Part shown: piece by piece, positions 28,344-39,569 of the stretch | Layout of the letters: every line of letters starts with the position of its first letter | Numbering within the stretch: position 1 is the stretch's first letter | Source: Candidatus Uhrbacteria bacterium | GTDB lineage: Bacteria > Patescibacteriota > Patescibacteriia > UBA9934 > UBA10169 | Direction of reading: 5' to 3' | DNA length: 64,000 nucleotides | Assembly: GCA_016187485.1 (NCBI GenBank) | Contig: JACPJO010000004.1 | Coordinates: 121,349-185,348 of the forward strand | Notes under the pieces: generated by a model | Database searches by the model: none | Told to the model about the DNA's origin: nothing | What the model saw: the letters and a program-made list of their open reading frames with translations, nothing else | Translations under genes and position numbers: made by a program

Positions 28344-28391
28344 AGAGCAAAGAGCGTTACAGGGAGTATACCATACAAAAGCGCCTGGGGA

Positions 28392-28679
28392 TTACCCAGA
28401 CGCATGTTCTTTTTCTTCTTTGTGTTCCTCGTGATCGTGATCGTGTGTCCCGGTCTTTGCCTTCATTTTTTCTTGCGCACGTTTCATGAGGCGCTCCACT
28501 GACCGCGCAACATTGAGAACTTGGCGACCTCGATAGAACCCACATTGTGCACACGCCGTATGTGGGCGAACAGGCGCTTTACATTTCGGACAATCCGAAA
28601 TTTGCATCGGCTTCAAGGCATGGTGAGCCCGACGCCGACGTGTTTTGGACTTGGAATGTCTATGGCCCGGCAATGGCAT
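28392..28679 (-). CDS. rpmF: 50S ribosomal protein L32 with His-rich tail
   Basis: HSKSKTRRRRAH, CPKC..PHTACAQCGFYRGR. Confidence 0.93.
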   Translation of the reverse strand: MPLPGHRHSKSKTRRRRAHHALKPMQISDCPKCKAPVRPHTACAQCGFYRGRQVLNVARSVERLMKRAQEKMKAKTGTHDHDHEEHKEEKEHASG

Positions 28680-28713
28680 AACGGCGGCACTCTAGCAAAG
28701 GAGTACGTGCATG

Positions 28714-31197
28714 TCAAACAAGTTCCGCCGTCGCCACGGCGTCCCCTTCTTTCTTAAATCTCATAACTCGTACTCCCTGCGTAGCCCGTCCAAGCACCGA
28801 GACAGAGGAAAGCGCCGTGCGAATTACCTGCCCTGCCTCCGAAACAACCAAGAGATCACGCTCGTCGTCGGAACGCACAATTCGCGCAGACACTACTGAC
28901 CCCGTTTTGTCCGTGACGTTTGCCGTCATAATGCCGGATCCGCCGCGACCTTGTACTTTGTATTCCTCTACCGGCGTGCGCTTGCCGTACCCATGTTTCA
29001 TGAGCGTGAAGAGCTGATACGCGCCCTTCTTTGCTTTACTTGCAATCACTTCCATCCCCACAATCTCATCCGTGCCGTGCAACTTAATACCGCGCACCCC
29101 CGCCGCCACGCGCCCCATCGCGCGCACGTTCTTTTCGACAAACTGAATTGCCTGACCATCAGCCGTTACCAGAATAATATGGTCGTCCCCATCCGTTGGC
29201 CGTACCCACTGCAAACTATCACCTTCGTTTAATTTAATGGCAATAAGCCCGCTTCGGCGCACCGATTCAAACGCGCCAAGCTCCACTTTTTTTATTGTCC
29301 CGCGTCGCGTTACCATGACCAAATATTTGTACGATTCAATATCTTCAAGCGAGAGAGACGTGGTGACAAGTTCGCCCGGTGCGAGCTGTAGAAAATTCAC
29401 CAGTGCCTGCCCCTTTGCCGTCCGGCTCGCTTCGGGCACATCGTACGCTTTCAACTGGAAGATACGCCCGCGGTTCGTGAAGAAGAGCAAGTCTTTATGC
29501 GTCGTTGTGGCAAAAACTTGTTCTACCGCGTCCTCTTCTTTCGCGGTCATGCCCGAGACGCCTTTCCCCCCACGCGCTTGCGCTTTGAACGTGTCCGGCG
29601 GAAGGCGTTTAATATATCCCCCCTCGGTGATCATCACGACGGTCGGCGCATCAGCGATGACATCCTCCATGCGGAAGTTTTTCACGCCGCTTGCCACAAT
29701 CTCTGTGCGGCGCGCATCGCCGTAGCGTTCCTTCATGTCCTTCGCATCCTGTTTCACGATCATCAGAATTTTCGCCGGAGATTTGAGGATAGCTTCAAGC
29801 TCCTTGATAAGCGCCATCTTCTCTTTATATTCCTGTTCCACCTTCAACCGTTCCAAGTTTGCCAACCGGCGTAGCTGCATCTCTAAAATCGCCAGTGCCT
29901 GCAGCTCCGAAAGTTTAAATTTTTTAATGAGGTTGGCTTTTGCCTCGTCTTGATCGGCAGATTTCTTTATAGTCTCAATCACTTTATCAATCTGCAAAAT
30001 AGCAATGCGGAGTCCCTCCAAAATATGGGCGCGCGCTTGCGCTTTATCAAGATCGTATGCCGTGCGGCGGCGAACCACTTCCTGCCGATGCTTTACGTAC
30101 TCCTCAAGCATGCCGCGCAGGTTGAGGAGGCGCGGCGCAATCCCGTCCACTAGAGCGACAAAATTCGTATGAAAAGTATCTTGCAGTTGTGTGGCTTGAT
30201 ACAGGCGGTTCAACACTTTTCTGGGATACGCGTCCTTCTTGAGTTCAATGACAACGCGCAGCCCGTCTTTGGACGACTCGTCGCGCAAGTCGCGAATGCC
30301 CTCGATCTTTTTCTCCTGCACAAGATCAGCAATCTTCTCAAGCAGCGCCGCCTTGTTCACTTGGTAAGGAATCTCGGTAACAATAATAGCGTGCCCTTGC
30401 TTATCCTCCACGATTTCGGCTTTCGCCCGCATGACGATGCCGCCTCGGCCCGTGGAATACGCTTGGCGGATGTCCTCACGGTTGTAGATAATCCCGCCCG
30501 TGGGAAAATCCGGGCCCTTCACGAACTGCAACAAATCTTCCACGGTCGCTTTTGGATTTTCAATCAAGTGAATGATCGCGTCGCACACTTCGGTGAGGTT
30601 GTGAGGGGGAATATTCGTGGCCATACCGACCGCAATCCCAAGTGTCCCCTCCACCATGAGAGTAGGGAGCTTAGAGGGAAGCACGCGCGGTTCCTTGTGC
30701 GTGCCATCGTAGTTTGGCGCAAACTCCACCGTTTCTTTTTCCAGGTCCACGAGCGCCTCCTCGGCAATAGCAGAAAGCTTGGCCTCCGTATAGCGATAGG
30801 CAGCCGCTTCGTCTCCGTCAATCGAGCCGAAGTTCCCCTGCCCGTGCACAAGGGGGTATCGGAGCGAAAAGTCTTGTGCCAAACGCACAAGCGCCGCATA
30901 CACCGATGCGTCCCCGTGCGGGTGGTATTTCCCAAGCACGTCTCCAACCACCGTGGCGCATTTTTTAAACTTGGCGCTCGCCCGTAGCCCCGACTGCCAC
31001 ATGGAGTAGAGAATGCGCCGTTGAACGGGTTTCATGCCATCGCGCACATCGGGAAGAGCGCGCTGAACAATGACAGACATGGCATAATCCAAATAACTCG
31101 TCTCCATCTCGGTGACAATACTACGATCCACAATGTGCCCAGCGGACGGTGTTACCTGAGTGTCTTCCTGTTTTTCTGGCAGGGGGCGTTTGGCCAT
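28714..31197 (-). CDS. gyrA: DNA gyrase subunit A
   Basis: [29 protein letters not shown], GyrA-box QARGGKG. Confidence 0.97.
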   Translation of the reverse strand: MAKRPLPEKQEDTQVTPSAGHIVDRSIVTEMETSYLDYAMSVIVQRALPDVRDGMKPVQRRILYSMWQSGLRASAKFKKCATVVGDVLGKYHPHGDASVYAALVRLAQDFSLRYPLVHGQGNFGSIDGDEAAAYRYTEAKLSAIAEEALVDLEKETVEFAPNYDGTHKEPRVLPSKLPTLMVEGTLGIAVGMATNIPPHNLTEVCDAIIHLIENPKATVEDLLQFVKGPDFPTGGIIYNREDIRQAYSTGRGGIVMRAKAEIVEDKQGHAIIVTEIPYQVNKAALLEKIADLVQEKKIEGIRDLRDESSKDGLRVVIELKKDAYPRKVLNRLYQATQLQDTFHTNFVALVDGIAPRLLNLRGMLEEYVKHRQEVVRRRTAYDLDKAQARAHILEGLRIAILQIDKVIETIKKSADQDEAKANLIKKFKLSELQALAILEMQLRRLANLERLKVEQEYKEKMALIKELEAILKSPAKILMIVKQDAKDMKERYGDARRTEIVASGVKNFRMEDVIADAPTVVMITEGGYIKRLPPDTFKAQARGGKGVSGMTAKEEDAVEQVFATTTHKDLLFFTNRGRIFQLKAYDVPEASRTAKGQALVNFLQLAPGELVTTSLSLEDIESYKYLVMVTRRGTIKKVELGAFESVRRSGLIAIKLNEGDSLQWVRPTDGDDHIILVTADGQAIQFVEKNVRAMGRVAAGVRGIKLHGTDEIVGMEVIASKAKKGAYQLFTLMKHGYGKRTPVEEYKVQGRGGSGIMTANVTDKTGSVVSARIVRSDDERDLLVVSEAGQVIRTALSSVSVLGRATQGVRVMRFKKEGDAVATAELV

Positions 31198-31206
31198 ACG
31201 AAAATA

Positions 31207-31407
31207 TTACTTGGCAAAGGCGTTTTGGAATCCATCTTTCAGCTGATCTTGCGTGGCAGCCCCCCCTTCGAGACTCTGTCCGAACGTCCGAAGTGACTCC
31301 CTCACACTCAAGAGCCAAACCGCAAGGCTCCCCGCAAGCACAAGCGCAAAAGCTGTATAGGCAAAGATCCGTGTCCGGTGAGGAAGTTTTGGATCAACAA
31401 GCTGCAT
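31207..31407 (-). CDS. Small single-TM hypothetical protein
   Basis: ATG 31407 just after the upstream stop; one TM helix. Confidence 0.55.
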   Translation of the reverse strand: MQLVDPKLPHRTRIFAYTAFALVLAGSLAVWLLSVRESLRTFGQSLEGGAATQDQLKDGFQNAFAK

Positions 31408-31409
31408 AG

Positions 31410-32048
31410 CTATTCGCGGCGTAAAACAACAACTTGAAGAACGTCCTCCGTCAAGTCTTTTTTGGCGACTTTCCATTTGACCTGTTCTTCTTTGGAGGTA
31501 CTGCCAAGCGCGCGCAAAAATTTTTCCGGCCCCAACTCTTTCACGCCGATAGAAGATGCCCCAAAATAGATCGGGACGACCGCGCGCGGCTCAATGGCCG
31601 TCACGACTTCTGCGGCCGTCTCGGCATCGAGCACCACCCCGCCGCCCACGGGCACAAACAGGATGTCTACATCCCCAAGCAATTTCAATTCTTCCTCCGA
31701 AAGCGGACGGTCAAGCGCGCCTAAATGCGCGACCTCCAATCCCTCGGCCGTCAGTCGTGAAACGAAGTGTGCACTCCCATCTTTGCGCGGAACGGGAAGG
31801 GCGTAGCAGAATATGCCACCCACTTCGTACTCGCCCGGAATATCTATGACGAAAGGCTTTCCTTCTATACCCTCAAGCGCGTGCGATTCCGGCGCATCAT
31901 GGGAAGCAACAATCAAATCTGCTTTAAGCAACCGCGGCGGACGCATGCCAACGCTCGACGCATACGGATCCATAACCACGCGCATTTCGCCCTGCGCGTG
32001 CTTTGCCGTCATATCCACACACCCAAGTCCGTGAGAGACAAATTGCAT
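31410..32048 (-). CDS. MBL-fold metallo-hydrolase-like protein with degenerate metal motif
   Basis: VVMDPY, ADLIVASH, PGEYEVGG, HLG, VDILFVPVGGG, EPRAVVPI. Confidence 0.85.
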   Translation of the reverse strand: MQFVSHGLGCVDMTAKHAQGEMRVVMDPYASSVGMRPPRLLKADLIVASHDAPESHALEGIEGKPFVIDIPGEYEVGGIFCYALPVPRKDGSAHFVSRLTAEGLEVAHLGALDRPLSEEELKLLGDVDILFVPVGGGVVLDAETAAEVVTAIEPRAVVPIYFGASSIGVKELGPEKFLRALGSTSKEEQVKWKVAKKDLTEDVLQVVVLRRE

Positions 32049-32051
32049 AGT

Positions 32052-32723
32052 TTACATTTCCCCCAAAACATCCTTCCAGTAGTCTACGGCGGCCTTTACA
32101 TCCGTCGGGTCTGGATCACGCTCCGTTACCGACCAGCCCGTGCGGAAGGTCCGTACTTGATTATTGATCTCTTCCGCATAGCGCTTGTCTTTGCCCGCAA
32201 GCGTTTCCAGCTCCTCGATCAACGCTTCAATACTCTTGGCCTCCGCCTCCCAATGCGCCACGCGTTCGTCGTACTCTTTGACGTGGTTTTTCACAATACC
32301 CTTGTCCTCTTGCTCCATTTTGTAGCGCGCCAGCAGCATTCCATCTTCCACCTGGTAGCGCTCTTCCGGAGAGAGCTTCTCCTGAAACCAGCCGCTTGCC
32401 ATAACCTCTTCAATCGTCACCCCGTCTTTCAACATGGGACGGAGTTTCTCCGCCACTTTCGCATCCACGTGGTCAAGCACAAGTGCAGCCTCCATCCCCT
32501 CACCGTACGTTCCGTGCAAATCCAAAAGCGCATGACGGTGTGGATATTCCTTGCGCCCAAGTTCCGCGAGAGCCTCAAGAACGGTTTCCTCTGTGATAGA
32601 TTCATCTGCACGAAACTTCGCAACCTGTGCCTTTGCCTGCTTGGCAAGATCCGGCAGAGTCGGGGGAAGTTTCTTGACGGCAAGGTCAAATTCGAGGAGA
32701 AGAGACTGATGAGGATGGGCCAT
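32052..32723 (-). CDS. Hypothetical helical protein
   Basis: 223-aa ORF at the head of the run leading to gyrA. Confidence 0.75.
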   Translation of the reverse strand: MAHPHQSLLLEFDLAVKKLPPTLPDLAKQAKAQVAKFRADESITEETVLEALAELGRKEYPHRHALLDLHGTYGEGMEAALVLDHVDAKVAEKLRPMLKDGVTIEEVMASGWFQEKLSPEERYQVEDGMLLARYKMEQEDKGIVKNHVKEYDERVAHWEAEAKSIEALIEELETLAGKDKRYAEEINNQVRTFRTGWSVTERDPDPTDVKAAVDYWKDVLGEM

Positions 32724-32842
32724 AGGAGTAGGGAAAGAATGGGGCTATTGTAGCCCAAGCGGCGATGGTCGTCGAGGGAGTCCGCAAAAAGAGAAACCGA
32801 CCTGTTGAGGTCGGGCGCGGAGGAAGGAACGAGGGGCGGAGG

Positions 32843-33202
32843 CTAGGCCACGGCGGCAGGCTTACCCGTGCTGAAGGCGGTAGCCGGAAGCGGAATGAGA
32901 GCGACGAGCGGCCGCTCGCGATCCTTCAGCTCCTCGACCGGCAACACCGTGTTCGCCAGGCACTCCGTGAGCGCCATGTGCACGCGGGTGTGCAAGTCGT
33001 TGCAGACGTCGGGCGTACGCGTCCCCTTCTCCTTGTAGACGATCTCGACGTAGATCGAACGACCTTCGGTCACGATCGGGATGGGACGGATGTTGTCCGC
33101 GTGCGCGCCAAAGTCGGGCGTGCCGATCATGGCCTTCACGATGGCCTCCATGAGCAGGCCGGGGGTGTAGAACAGCGGGCAGTAGAGCTTGACAGCGGGC
33201 AT
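32843..33202 (-). CDS. Hypothetical protein (119 aa)
   Basis: ATG 33202 behind GGAGG; GC-rich codons. Confidence 0.6.
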   Translation of the reverse strand: MPAVKLYCPLFYTPGLLMEAIVKAMIGTPDFGAHADNIRPIPIVTEGRSIYVEIVYKEKGTRTPDVCNDLHTRVHMALTECLANTVLPVEELKDRERPLVALIPLPATAFSTGKPAAVA

Positions 33203-33257
33203 GGAGCCTCCAGGGTTGCGTTGGCAATGTAGCAGGATACCAAGAAAAATCAAGGTG

Positions 33258-33289
33258 GATTCTCTCTTAGTGATCTCTAAGAGAGAATC
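33258..33289. repeat. Palindrome homologous to the 5628/5716 repeats
   Basis: GATTCTCTCTTAG-TGATCT-CTAAGAGAGAATC; 33263-33287 is 23/25 identical to 5628-5652. Confidence 0.85.
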
Positions 33290-33312
33290 TTTGCTATGCG
33301 CCTATCCGCTCC

Positions 33313-33341
33313 TTGACACTCGGCCTGGCATCGCCTACACT
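33313..33341 (+). promoter_or_regulatory. Sigma70 promoter for rpsA
   Basis: TTGACA-17-TACACT. Confidence 0.7.
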
Positions 33342-33413
33342 CCCCCCATTCTTTATTCATAGCCCCGTCCGTCCCCGACTACCTAAAAGTCAGGCTACGG
33401 CCGGAAATATCGT

Positions 33414-34544
33414 ATGACCGATCAAATCCCTCTCTCCCCTTTTGGCGCTCTTCTCGCCGAGAACGAGGCCTATTTGCTTTTCCCAAAGCTGGGTGACATC
33501 GTGAAAGGTAAGGTCGTCTCTGCCAACCGCCGCGAGGTGCGCCTCGACTTGAGTGGTGTCGCCGTGGGTGTCGTACGCGGCCGCGAACTTTTTGCCGAAT
33601 CCGAAGAATACGCGTCGCTTGAGCCAGGCAACGAAATCGAAGCAACGGTAATTGGTCTTGAAAACGAAAACGGCGAGATCGAACTCTCCTTCCGATTCAC
33701 GGGTGCCCAAAAGGCATGGGAAGGACTGCGTGATGGCCAGACCAAGAGCGAGATTGTGAAAGCGAAGATCCTCGACGCCAACAAAGGCGGCCTTATTGTG
33801 CAGGTGGGCCATGTCACAGGCTTCCTTCCCGTCTCGCAACTCTCCCCCGACCACTACCCACGCGTATCGGGCGGCGACAAGCAGAAAATCTTGGAGAAGT
33901 TGAAAACATACGTCGGGGAATCTTTCGACGTGCGCCTTCTGGATGTGAATGAACAAGATGAAAAACTCATCGTCTCGGAAAAGGCTGTGTGGGAAGAGAA
34001 GCGTAAAAGCGAAATCTCTCAGTATAAAGTTGGCAATACCGTGGACGGAGACGTTACCGCGCTTGCGGACTTCGGCGCGTTTGTAAAATTCGACGCGCTG
34101 GAAGGATTGGTGCACATCAGTGAAATCGCCTGGCAGCGCATTGACCACCCCAAAGATGTCCTCAAGGTCGGCGACCATGTACGCGCCGAGATCATCGGTA
34201 TAGAGGGATCAAAGATCTTCCTCTCCATGAAGAAACTTATGGAAGATCCGTGGCGTAATGTGGAGAAGAGGTACAAAGTGGGCGACGTGGTAAAGGGCAA
34301 AGTGTTAAAAGTAAATCCCTTCGGCTTCTTTGTAGAACTGGACCAAGACATCCACGGCTTGGCGCACGTAAGTGAGCTTTCGGAAAAGCCCGTGGAAGAT
34401 CTTCACACCATTGCCAATGAGGGCGACACGATTGATTTCAAAGTGGTGTCCATTGAACCAAAAGAGCACCGCCTGGGCTTGAGCCTCAAGGCAATGAAGG
34501 AACCCACGGCTCCTGTCAAAGAAGATGTGCCGCAAGCGGCATAA
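33414..34544 (+). CDS. rpsA: 30S ribosomal protein S1 (four S1 domains)
   Basis: Repeated S1 domains: NKGGL..GFLPVSQ, DFGAFV..EGLVHISEIAW, PFGFFV..GLAHVSEL. Confidence 0.93.
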   Translation: MTDQIPLSPFGALLAENEAYLLFPKLGDIVKGKVVSANRREVRLDLSGVAVGVVRGRELFAESEEYASLEPGNEIEATVIGLENENGEIELSFRFTGAQKAWEGLRDGQTKSEIVKAKILDANKGGLIVQVGHVTGFLPVSQLSPDHYPRVSGGDKQKILEKLKTYVGESFDVRLLDVNEQDEKLIVSEKAVWEEKRKSEISQYKVGNTVDGDVTALADFGAFVKFDALEGLVHISEIAWQRIDHPKDVLKVGDHVRAEIIGIEGSKIFLSMKKLMEDPWRNVEKRYKVGDVVKGKVLKVNPFGFFVELDQDIHGLAHVSELSEKPVEDLHTIANEGDTIDFKVVSIEPKEHRLGLSLKAMKEPTAPVKEDVPQAA

Positions 34545-34601
34545 ATAGATAATGAACGGGGCTTCGAGGCCCCGTTCCTTCGTGTTATACTGCCATCGCT
34601 T

Positions 34602-36458
34602 ATGAAACCTCTCTCGAAAAATGTCATTGTCTTTCTCCTCGTGATCCTTGCGTTTGGCGCCATTCTTTCGACAACCAGAACAACGCAAGAAAAACCTGTC
34701 GAGGCTTCCGTGTCGGAAATTGTTGCAAGCATCCATGCCAGCACTATCACGAAAATTGAGGTGCGCGGCACAGAAATGATCGCGTTTGCGAGCGATGGCC
34801 GACAATTGAAGGCTACGAAAGAATCCCAGCCGTCCGTGCCCGAACTTTTGTCCACCTACGGCGTGAGCGGCGACGAATTGGCGCGCTTGCCCATTGAGAT
34901 CAAACAAAACAGCGGCAAGCATTACCTCTTGAGTGTCCTCCTTCCCTCGCTCCTGCCGCTCTTCATCCTGCTCCTCGTGTTCTATCTCATGTTCCGGCAG
35001 TTCCAGGGAGCGAATGGCCGCGCGCTGCAGTTTGGCATGAGCGGTGCAAAGGAAGTAAGTGCGGAAGATCGTGCGCGCGTCACGTTTGCCGATGTTGCAG
35101 GCGCGAAGGAGGCAAAGGAAGAGCTTGAGGAAGTTGTAGATTTCTTGAAGCAACCAAAAAAGTTTACCGAGGTGGGCGCAAAGATTCCGAAGGGCGTGCT
35201 CCTCATGGGCGCACCCGGCACCGGAAAAACGCTCCTCGCTCGCGCGGTCGCGGGAGAGGCTGACGTGCCGTTCTTTCATATTTCCGGTTCTTCATTTGTA
35301 GAAATGTTCGTAGGGGTGGGCGCTGCACGCGTGCGCGACCTCTTCGCAAAGGCGAAAAAGAGCGCTCCCTGCATTGTCTTCATTGACGAGATCGATGCCG
35401 TAGGGCGCCATCGCGGGGCGGGACTTGGCGGCGGGCACGATGAGCGCGAGCAAACGCTCAACCAGATCTTGGTCGAGATGGATGGATTTGAAACAAACCT
35501 GGGCGTCATCGTGATGGCTGCCACCAATCGCCCCGACGTTCTCGACCCGGCTTTGCTGCGTCCGGGCCGTTTTGACCGGCGCGTCGTCATTGACTTGCCT
35601 GACATTAACGACCGTGAGGCCATTTTGAAGATCCACGCAAAGAACAAACCGCTGGCGGAGGGAGCAAATCTTCGCCGTCTCGCCGAGCGCACCGTAGGAT
35701 TTTCCGGCGCCGATTTGGAGAGTGTTCTGAACGAAGCGGCGATTGCAACCGCGCGCCACGACGAAACGACCATCTCCATGCAGAGACTCACCGATGCCAT
35801 TGAAAAAGTCCTCCTGGGCCCCGAACGCAAGAGCCATGTACTCACAGAGCGCGAGCGTACCGTCACGGCTTATCACGAGGCAGGCCATGCCTTTGTCGCG
35901 CACACGCTTCCCCATGCCGACCCCGTGCACAAAATTTCCATCATTAGCCGCGGACGTGCTGCTGGCTACACCATGAATCTCCCCTCCGAAGATCGCAAAA
36001 TGCACACGCGCGCTTCATTCCTCGATGACATGGCAGTGTTTCTGGGCGGTTATGTTTCCGAGAGCCTCCATTTTGGCGACGTGACGACGGGTGCGTCCGA
36101 TGATCTCAAACGCGCCACCGCACTGGCACGCGACCTTGTTACACGCTACGGTATGAGCGAGGCGCTCGGCGCCCGCACCTATGGGAGTGCTTCGCAGGAG
36201 ATTTTCCTCGGCCGCGACTACCACGAGATGCGTGACTATTCTGACGCCACTGCGGAGGCCATCGATCAAGAGATCTTGCGGCTTGTGGAGGAAGCAAAAG
36301 GACGCGCCAGGAAGATCATTGAGGAAAATCGTGATAAGATGAAGATAATCGCCGACGAACTCTTGGTGAAAGAAACCATCGAGAAAGAACGTTTTGAAGA
36401 ATTGGTCGGCGCTAAAACGTCCATGAAGGAGGAGTATGGCGCACGCGTCCAAACGTAA
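34602..36458 (+). CDS. ftsH: ATP-dependent zinc metalloprotease FtsH
   Basis: Two TM helices, [25 protein letters not shown]. Confidence 0.98.
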   Translation: MKPLSKNVIVFLLVILAFGAILSTTRTTQEKPVEASVSEIVASIHASTITKIEVRGTEMIAFASDGRQLKATKESQPSVPELLSTYGVSGDELARLPIEIKQNSGKHYLLSVLLPSLLPLFILLLVFYLMFRQFQGANGRALQFGMSGAKEVSAEDRARVTFADVAGAKEAKEELEEVVDFLKQPKKFTEVGAKIPKGVLLMGAPGTGKTLLARAVAGEADVPFFHISGSSFVEMFVGVGAARVRDLFAKAKKSAPCIVFIDEIDAVGRHRGAGLGGGHDEREQTLNQILVEMDGFETNLGVIVMAATNRPDVLDPALLRPGRFDRRVVIDLPDINDREAILKIHAKNKPLAEGANLRRLAERTVGFSGADLESVLNEAAIATARHDETTISMQRLTDAIEKVLLGPERKSHVLTERERTVTAYHEAGHAFVAHTLPHADPVHKISIISRGRAAGYTMNLPSEDRKMHTRASFLDDMAVFLGGYVSESLHFGDVTTGASDDLKRATALARDLVTRYGMSEALGARTYGSASQEIFLGRDYHEMRDYSDATAEAIDQEILRLVEEAKGRARKIIEENRDKMKIIADELLVKETIEKERFEELVGAKTSMKEEYGARVQT

Positions 36459-37404
36459 CCCTGCCCGTTACCGAACTCTGCTCCGAGAAGCAGCGCAAGA
36501 ATCCATTGCCGTGCGTGACGGATGGTTTTTTGGTATACCGGCCGCCCTCATTCTCTCCGGGAGTGCCGTGGGGCCCCTTATGCGCGCATGGCGTGGCATT
36601 TCCCTCCCCGAAAACACGTTTTTGGAGCGCCTGTTTCCGTGGAGCGAACCGCTTGGGCAATGGGTCGCACAACTCCCCCTCCTCTCCTCCACACGCGCGA
36701 CCCTTACGTTGAGTTTTGTTATTACCCTGGGATTTTTCCTGGCTATTCTTGCCGTCTTGTGCCAGGGTGCCCTGGTAGAGATGGCCCGCAACAGGCACAA
36801 AAAGTCCCCCCGTTCCCTCCTTCAAAATTCAAAGAAAATATTCTGGCGCGTGCTCGGCATTGATGCTCTTGCCTTCGCGACGACGGCCGCTCTCCTCGCT
36901 CTCCTTTTCGCCCCGCTCCCTGCCCCTCTTTCGTGGTTTGATGACATAACGCAGATGCTATTCCTTCTTGTGGGCTTTGCCCTCCTTCTTGTCTCTTCGG
37001 CCGTAGCAATTTTTGCTTTGGCTGACACGGCATCGGGGACGGGAGTGTGGCAAAGCTGGCGCACAGCTTGGCGCACTGCACTTGCCCACGGTCTCGCAAC
37101 AGTGGAACTTATTCTTCTGCTGCTTGCCGCAAGCTTCGTCATTGGTGCTATTGGAGCAGTCGCCCTATCCTTCATCACCGTGCTCTACAGCACCCTCTAC
37201 CTTGTCTTTGCGTGGGCGGGCTCCCTGGTCCTCACATCGTTTGCCACCACGGTGGCTACGCTCCTGTTCGTGGCCACACTCCTTCTTGGGGCTGGGGTGT
37301 TCACGGCCTTTGCCTACCACACATTGACACGGGCCTACACGCACATAAAAAAGCGGCAGTTTGAGAGCCGGACGCGCCGCATGGTACAACAGATGTGGCT
37401 ATGA
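36436..37404 (+). CDS. Multi-pass membrane protein
   Basis: 322 aa with about six hydrophobic helices; overlaps both neighbours operon-style. Confidence 0.8.
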   Translation: MAHASKRNPARYRTLLREAAQESIAVRDGWFFGIPAALILSGSAVGPLMRAWRGISLPENTFLERLFPWSEPLGQWVAQLPLLSSTRATLTLSFVITLGFFLAILAVLCQGALVEMARNRHKKSPRSLLQNSKKIFWRVLGIDALAFATTAALLALLFAPLPAPLSWFDDITQMLFLLVGFALLLVSSAVAIFALADTASGTGVWQSWRTAWRTALAHGLATVELILLLLAASFVIGAIGAVALSFITVLYSTLYLVFAWAGSLVLTSFATTVATLLFVATLLLGAGVFTAFAYHTLTRAYTHIKKRQFESRTRRMVQQMWL

Positions 37405-39134
37405 GCACGCACATGCCCTCTATTGAAGACCTCTTGAAGAAGCCCGCGCCAGGGGCCGGAGTTCGCGCAAAACTAGAATCCGAAAAAACGGCGCCAGAAA
37501 AATTTGAAGAGCGGATGACGTCCATTCAGTTGAAGGAGAAGGAGACGGCAATCGCAGAAGCCGCCGCAGGTTCCGGGGTTCCCTACGTCGCGCTACGCGG
37601 CCTCGCCATTTCTCCAGAAGCCCTCTCTCTTTTGCCCGAAACGGATGCGCAACACCTGCGGATGGTTCCCTTTTTTTGGGTGGGTTCGGAAGTGCGCCTT
37701 GCCGCAATACACCCAGAGGAGACCGCCGTCCAAGATGCGGCGTTTAGTTTGGGAGAACGCAACAAGGCACATATCGTGGTGTATCAAGTTTCCGAAGACT
37801 CTCTCGCCTATGGCCTCGGTCTATACGCGGCGCTTCCCAAAATCACCGCAATCATCAAAGGCGTGCGTCTTACGCAAGAAGAGATCGAGCGCTACCAGCA
37901 GGCCATGCAGGCGCTTTCTGATGTCGCCAAGCTCCTTACAAGCAATCGTGTTTCAGACACGGTCTCTATTCTCGTTGCTGCTGCTTTGCAATTCGACTCT
38001 TCCGACATCCACATCGAAGCTGAAGAGAACAGCATCGCCGTCCGATTCCGCATTGATGGTGTGCTTACCGACATCATGACCCTACCTAAAGACACATGGA
38101 AAAAAATGGTCGCTCGGCTCAAGCTGATCTCGGGTCTCAAGATCAACATCACCGACCGGCCACAAGACGGCCGCTACACGATTTTCTTAAATGAGGGGGA
38201 TACGGACGTGCGTGTTTCCACACTCCCCACGAATTGGGGCGAGTCGGTCGTCATGCGTATTCTGCGCCCCTCCTCCATTCGCGTAGAGTTTCACGACTTG
38301 GGGTTCCGTTCGAAGGCGTTTGCAAAACTGCAAGCGGAAATGCAGAAACCGCACGGGATGATCCTTACGACGGGACCCACCGGTTCGGGAAAAACCACGA
38401 CACTCTATGCCATGCTGCAAAAACTGAACACGAAAGATGTAAAGATTATCACGCTCGAAGATCCTATTGAGTATCACCTGGCGGGCATCAACCAGTCGCA
38501 AGTGGACGCGGCCAGAACCTACACGTTCGCGGCAGGACTCCGCTCCATCTTGCGCCAGGATCCGGACATCATCATGGTGGGGGAAATCCGCGATCTGGAA
38601 ACCGCTGAGACAGCCGTGAATGCGGCACTCACGGGTCACCTCCTCCTTTCCACCGTCCACACAAACGACGCGGCTGGCGCTATTCCACGCCTCCTCAACA
38701 TGGGCGTAAAAGGGTTCCTCCTCTCGCAAGCAGTCAATGTGGTTTTGGGACAGCGCTTGGTACGTCGCCTATGCGCCTCGTGCAAACAGCCAGCGGCTCT
38801 TTCGCCCGAAGACCTCACCCGCGCGCGCGAACAACTGGAATCTATCCCTGAAGCATCCGGCGAGCGTCTTGCATCGCTCGAGGGGCTTACGTTCTTTACG
38901 GCAAAAGGGTGCGATAAGTGTCACGGCGGATACAAAGGCCGGCTTGGTATCTACGAGGTCTTGCTTATGGATGCGCTTGTCGCAGAAAAGATGAAAGAAG
39001 GATCGATCTCCACCGAAGATATGCGCACAATCGCCGTCGCGCAGGGCATGGTCACGATGTTCCAAGACGGATTACTGAAAGCACTTGAAGGACTTACAAG
39101 TCTTGAGGAATTAACGCGCGTCGCCTCCACATAA
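37401..39134 (+). CDS. GspE/PulE/PilB-family type IV pilus assembly ATPase
   Basis: SDIHIE, RFRIDG, TGPTGSGKTTTLY, EDPIEY, LRQDPDIIMVGEIRD, TGH..HTND, tetracysteine motif. Confidence 0.95.
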   Translation: MSTHMPSIEDLLKKPAPGAGVRAKLESEKTAPEKFEERMTSIQLKEKETAIAEAAAGSGVPYVALRGLAISPEALSLLPETDAQHLRMVPFFWVGSEVRLAAIHPEETAVQDAAFSLGERNKAHIVVYQVSEDSLAYGLGLYAALPKITAIIKGVRLTQEEIERYQQAMQALSDVAKLLTSNRVSDTVSILVAAALQFDSSDIHIEAEENSIAVRFRIDGVLTDIMTLPKDTWKKMVARLKLISGLKINITDRPQDGRYTIFLNEGDTDVRVSTLPTNWGESVVMRILRPSSIRVEFHDLGFRSKAFAKLQAEMQKPHGMILTTGPTGSGKTTTLYAMLQKLNTKDVKIITLEDPIEYHLAGINQSQVDAARTYTFAAGLRSILRQDPDIIMVGEIRDLETAETAVNAALTGHLLLSTVHTNDAAGAIPRLLNMGVKGFLLSQAVNVVLGQRLVRRLCASCKQPAALSPEDLTRAREQLESIPEASGERLASLEGLTFFTAKGCDKCHGGYKGRLGIYEVLLMDALVAEKMKEGSISTEDMRTIAVAQGMVTMFQDGLLKALEGLTSLEELTRVAST

Positions 39135-39569
39135 AGGAGTCACGTCGATCGTGCGGGCAGTTTCTGTCGCTCCAAACTGAAACAGGATGTCCCACCCGGC
39201 GTCATGCCGGTTTTTTGTCTCCTCATCGGGCCACTCCACAACGATAATCGCGTCCTTCCTCTCCGCCCATTCGTCCAGTCCGAGATGTTTCCATGCACCC
39301 TCTGCAGAGGAGAGGCGATAAAAATCCGCATGGACAAGATACCGGATGATTGGATGCGTTGTTTTATACACATGCACGAGCGTGAACGTGGGACTCCGCA
39401 CAGGTGTCGTCGACCCAAGCGATTTGGCAAGCGCGCGGACAAACGCCGTCTTCCCCACGCCAAGCTCCCCGCGAAGCAGGGTCACCTCCCCGCCGCGCAT
39501 AGACGCAATCAAATCCTTCGCAACAGGAGAAAGTTCCTCTTCTCTTTCTGTGTGCCACGTTTTTGTCAT
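39111..39569 (-). CDS. tsaE: tRNA threonylcarbamoyladenosine biosynthesis ATPase
   Basis: LRGELGVGKT, SPTFTLV, HADFYRL, VEWP. Confidence 0.94.
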   Translation of the reverse strand: MTKTWHTEREEELSPVAKDLIASMRGGEVTLLRGELGVGKTAFVRALAKSLGSTTPVRSPTFTLVHVYKTTHPIIRYLVHADFYRLSSAEGAWKHLGLDEWAERKDAIIVVEWPDEETKNRHDAGWDILFQFGATETARTIDVTPLCGGDAR

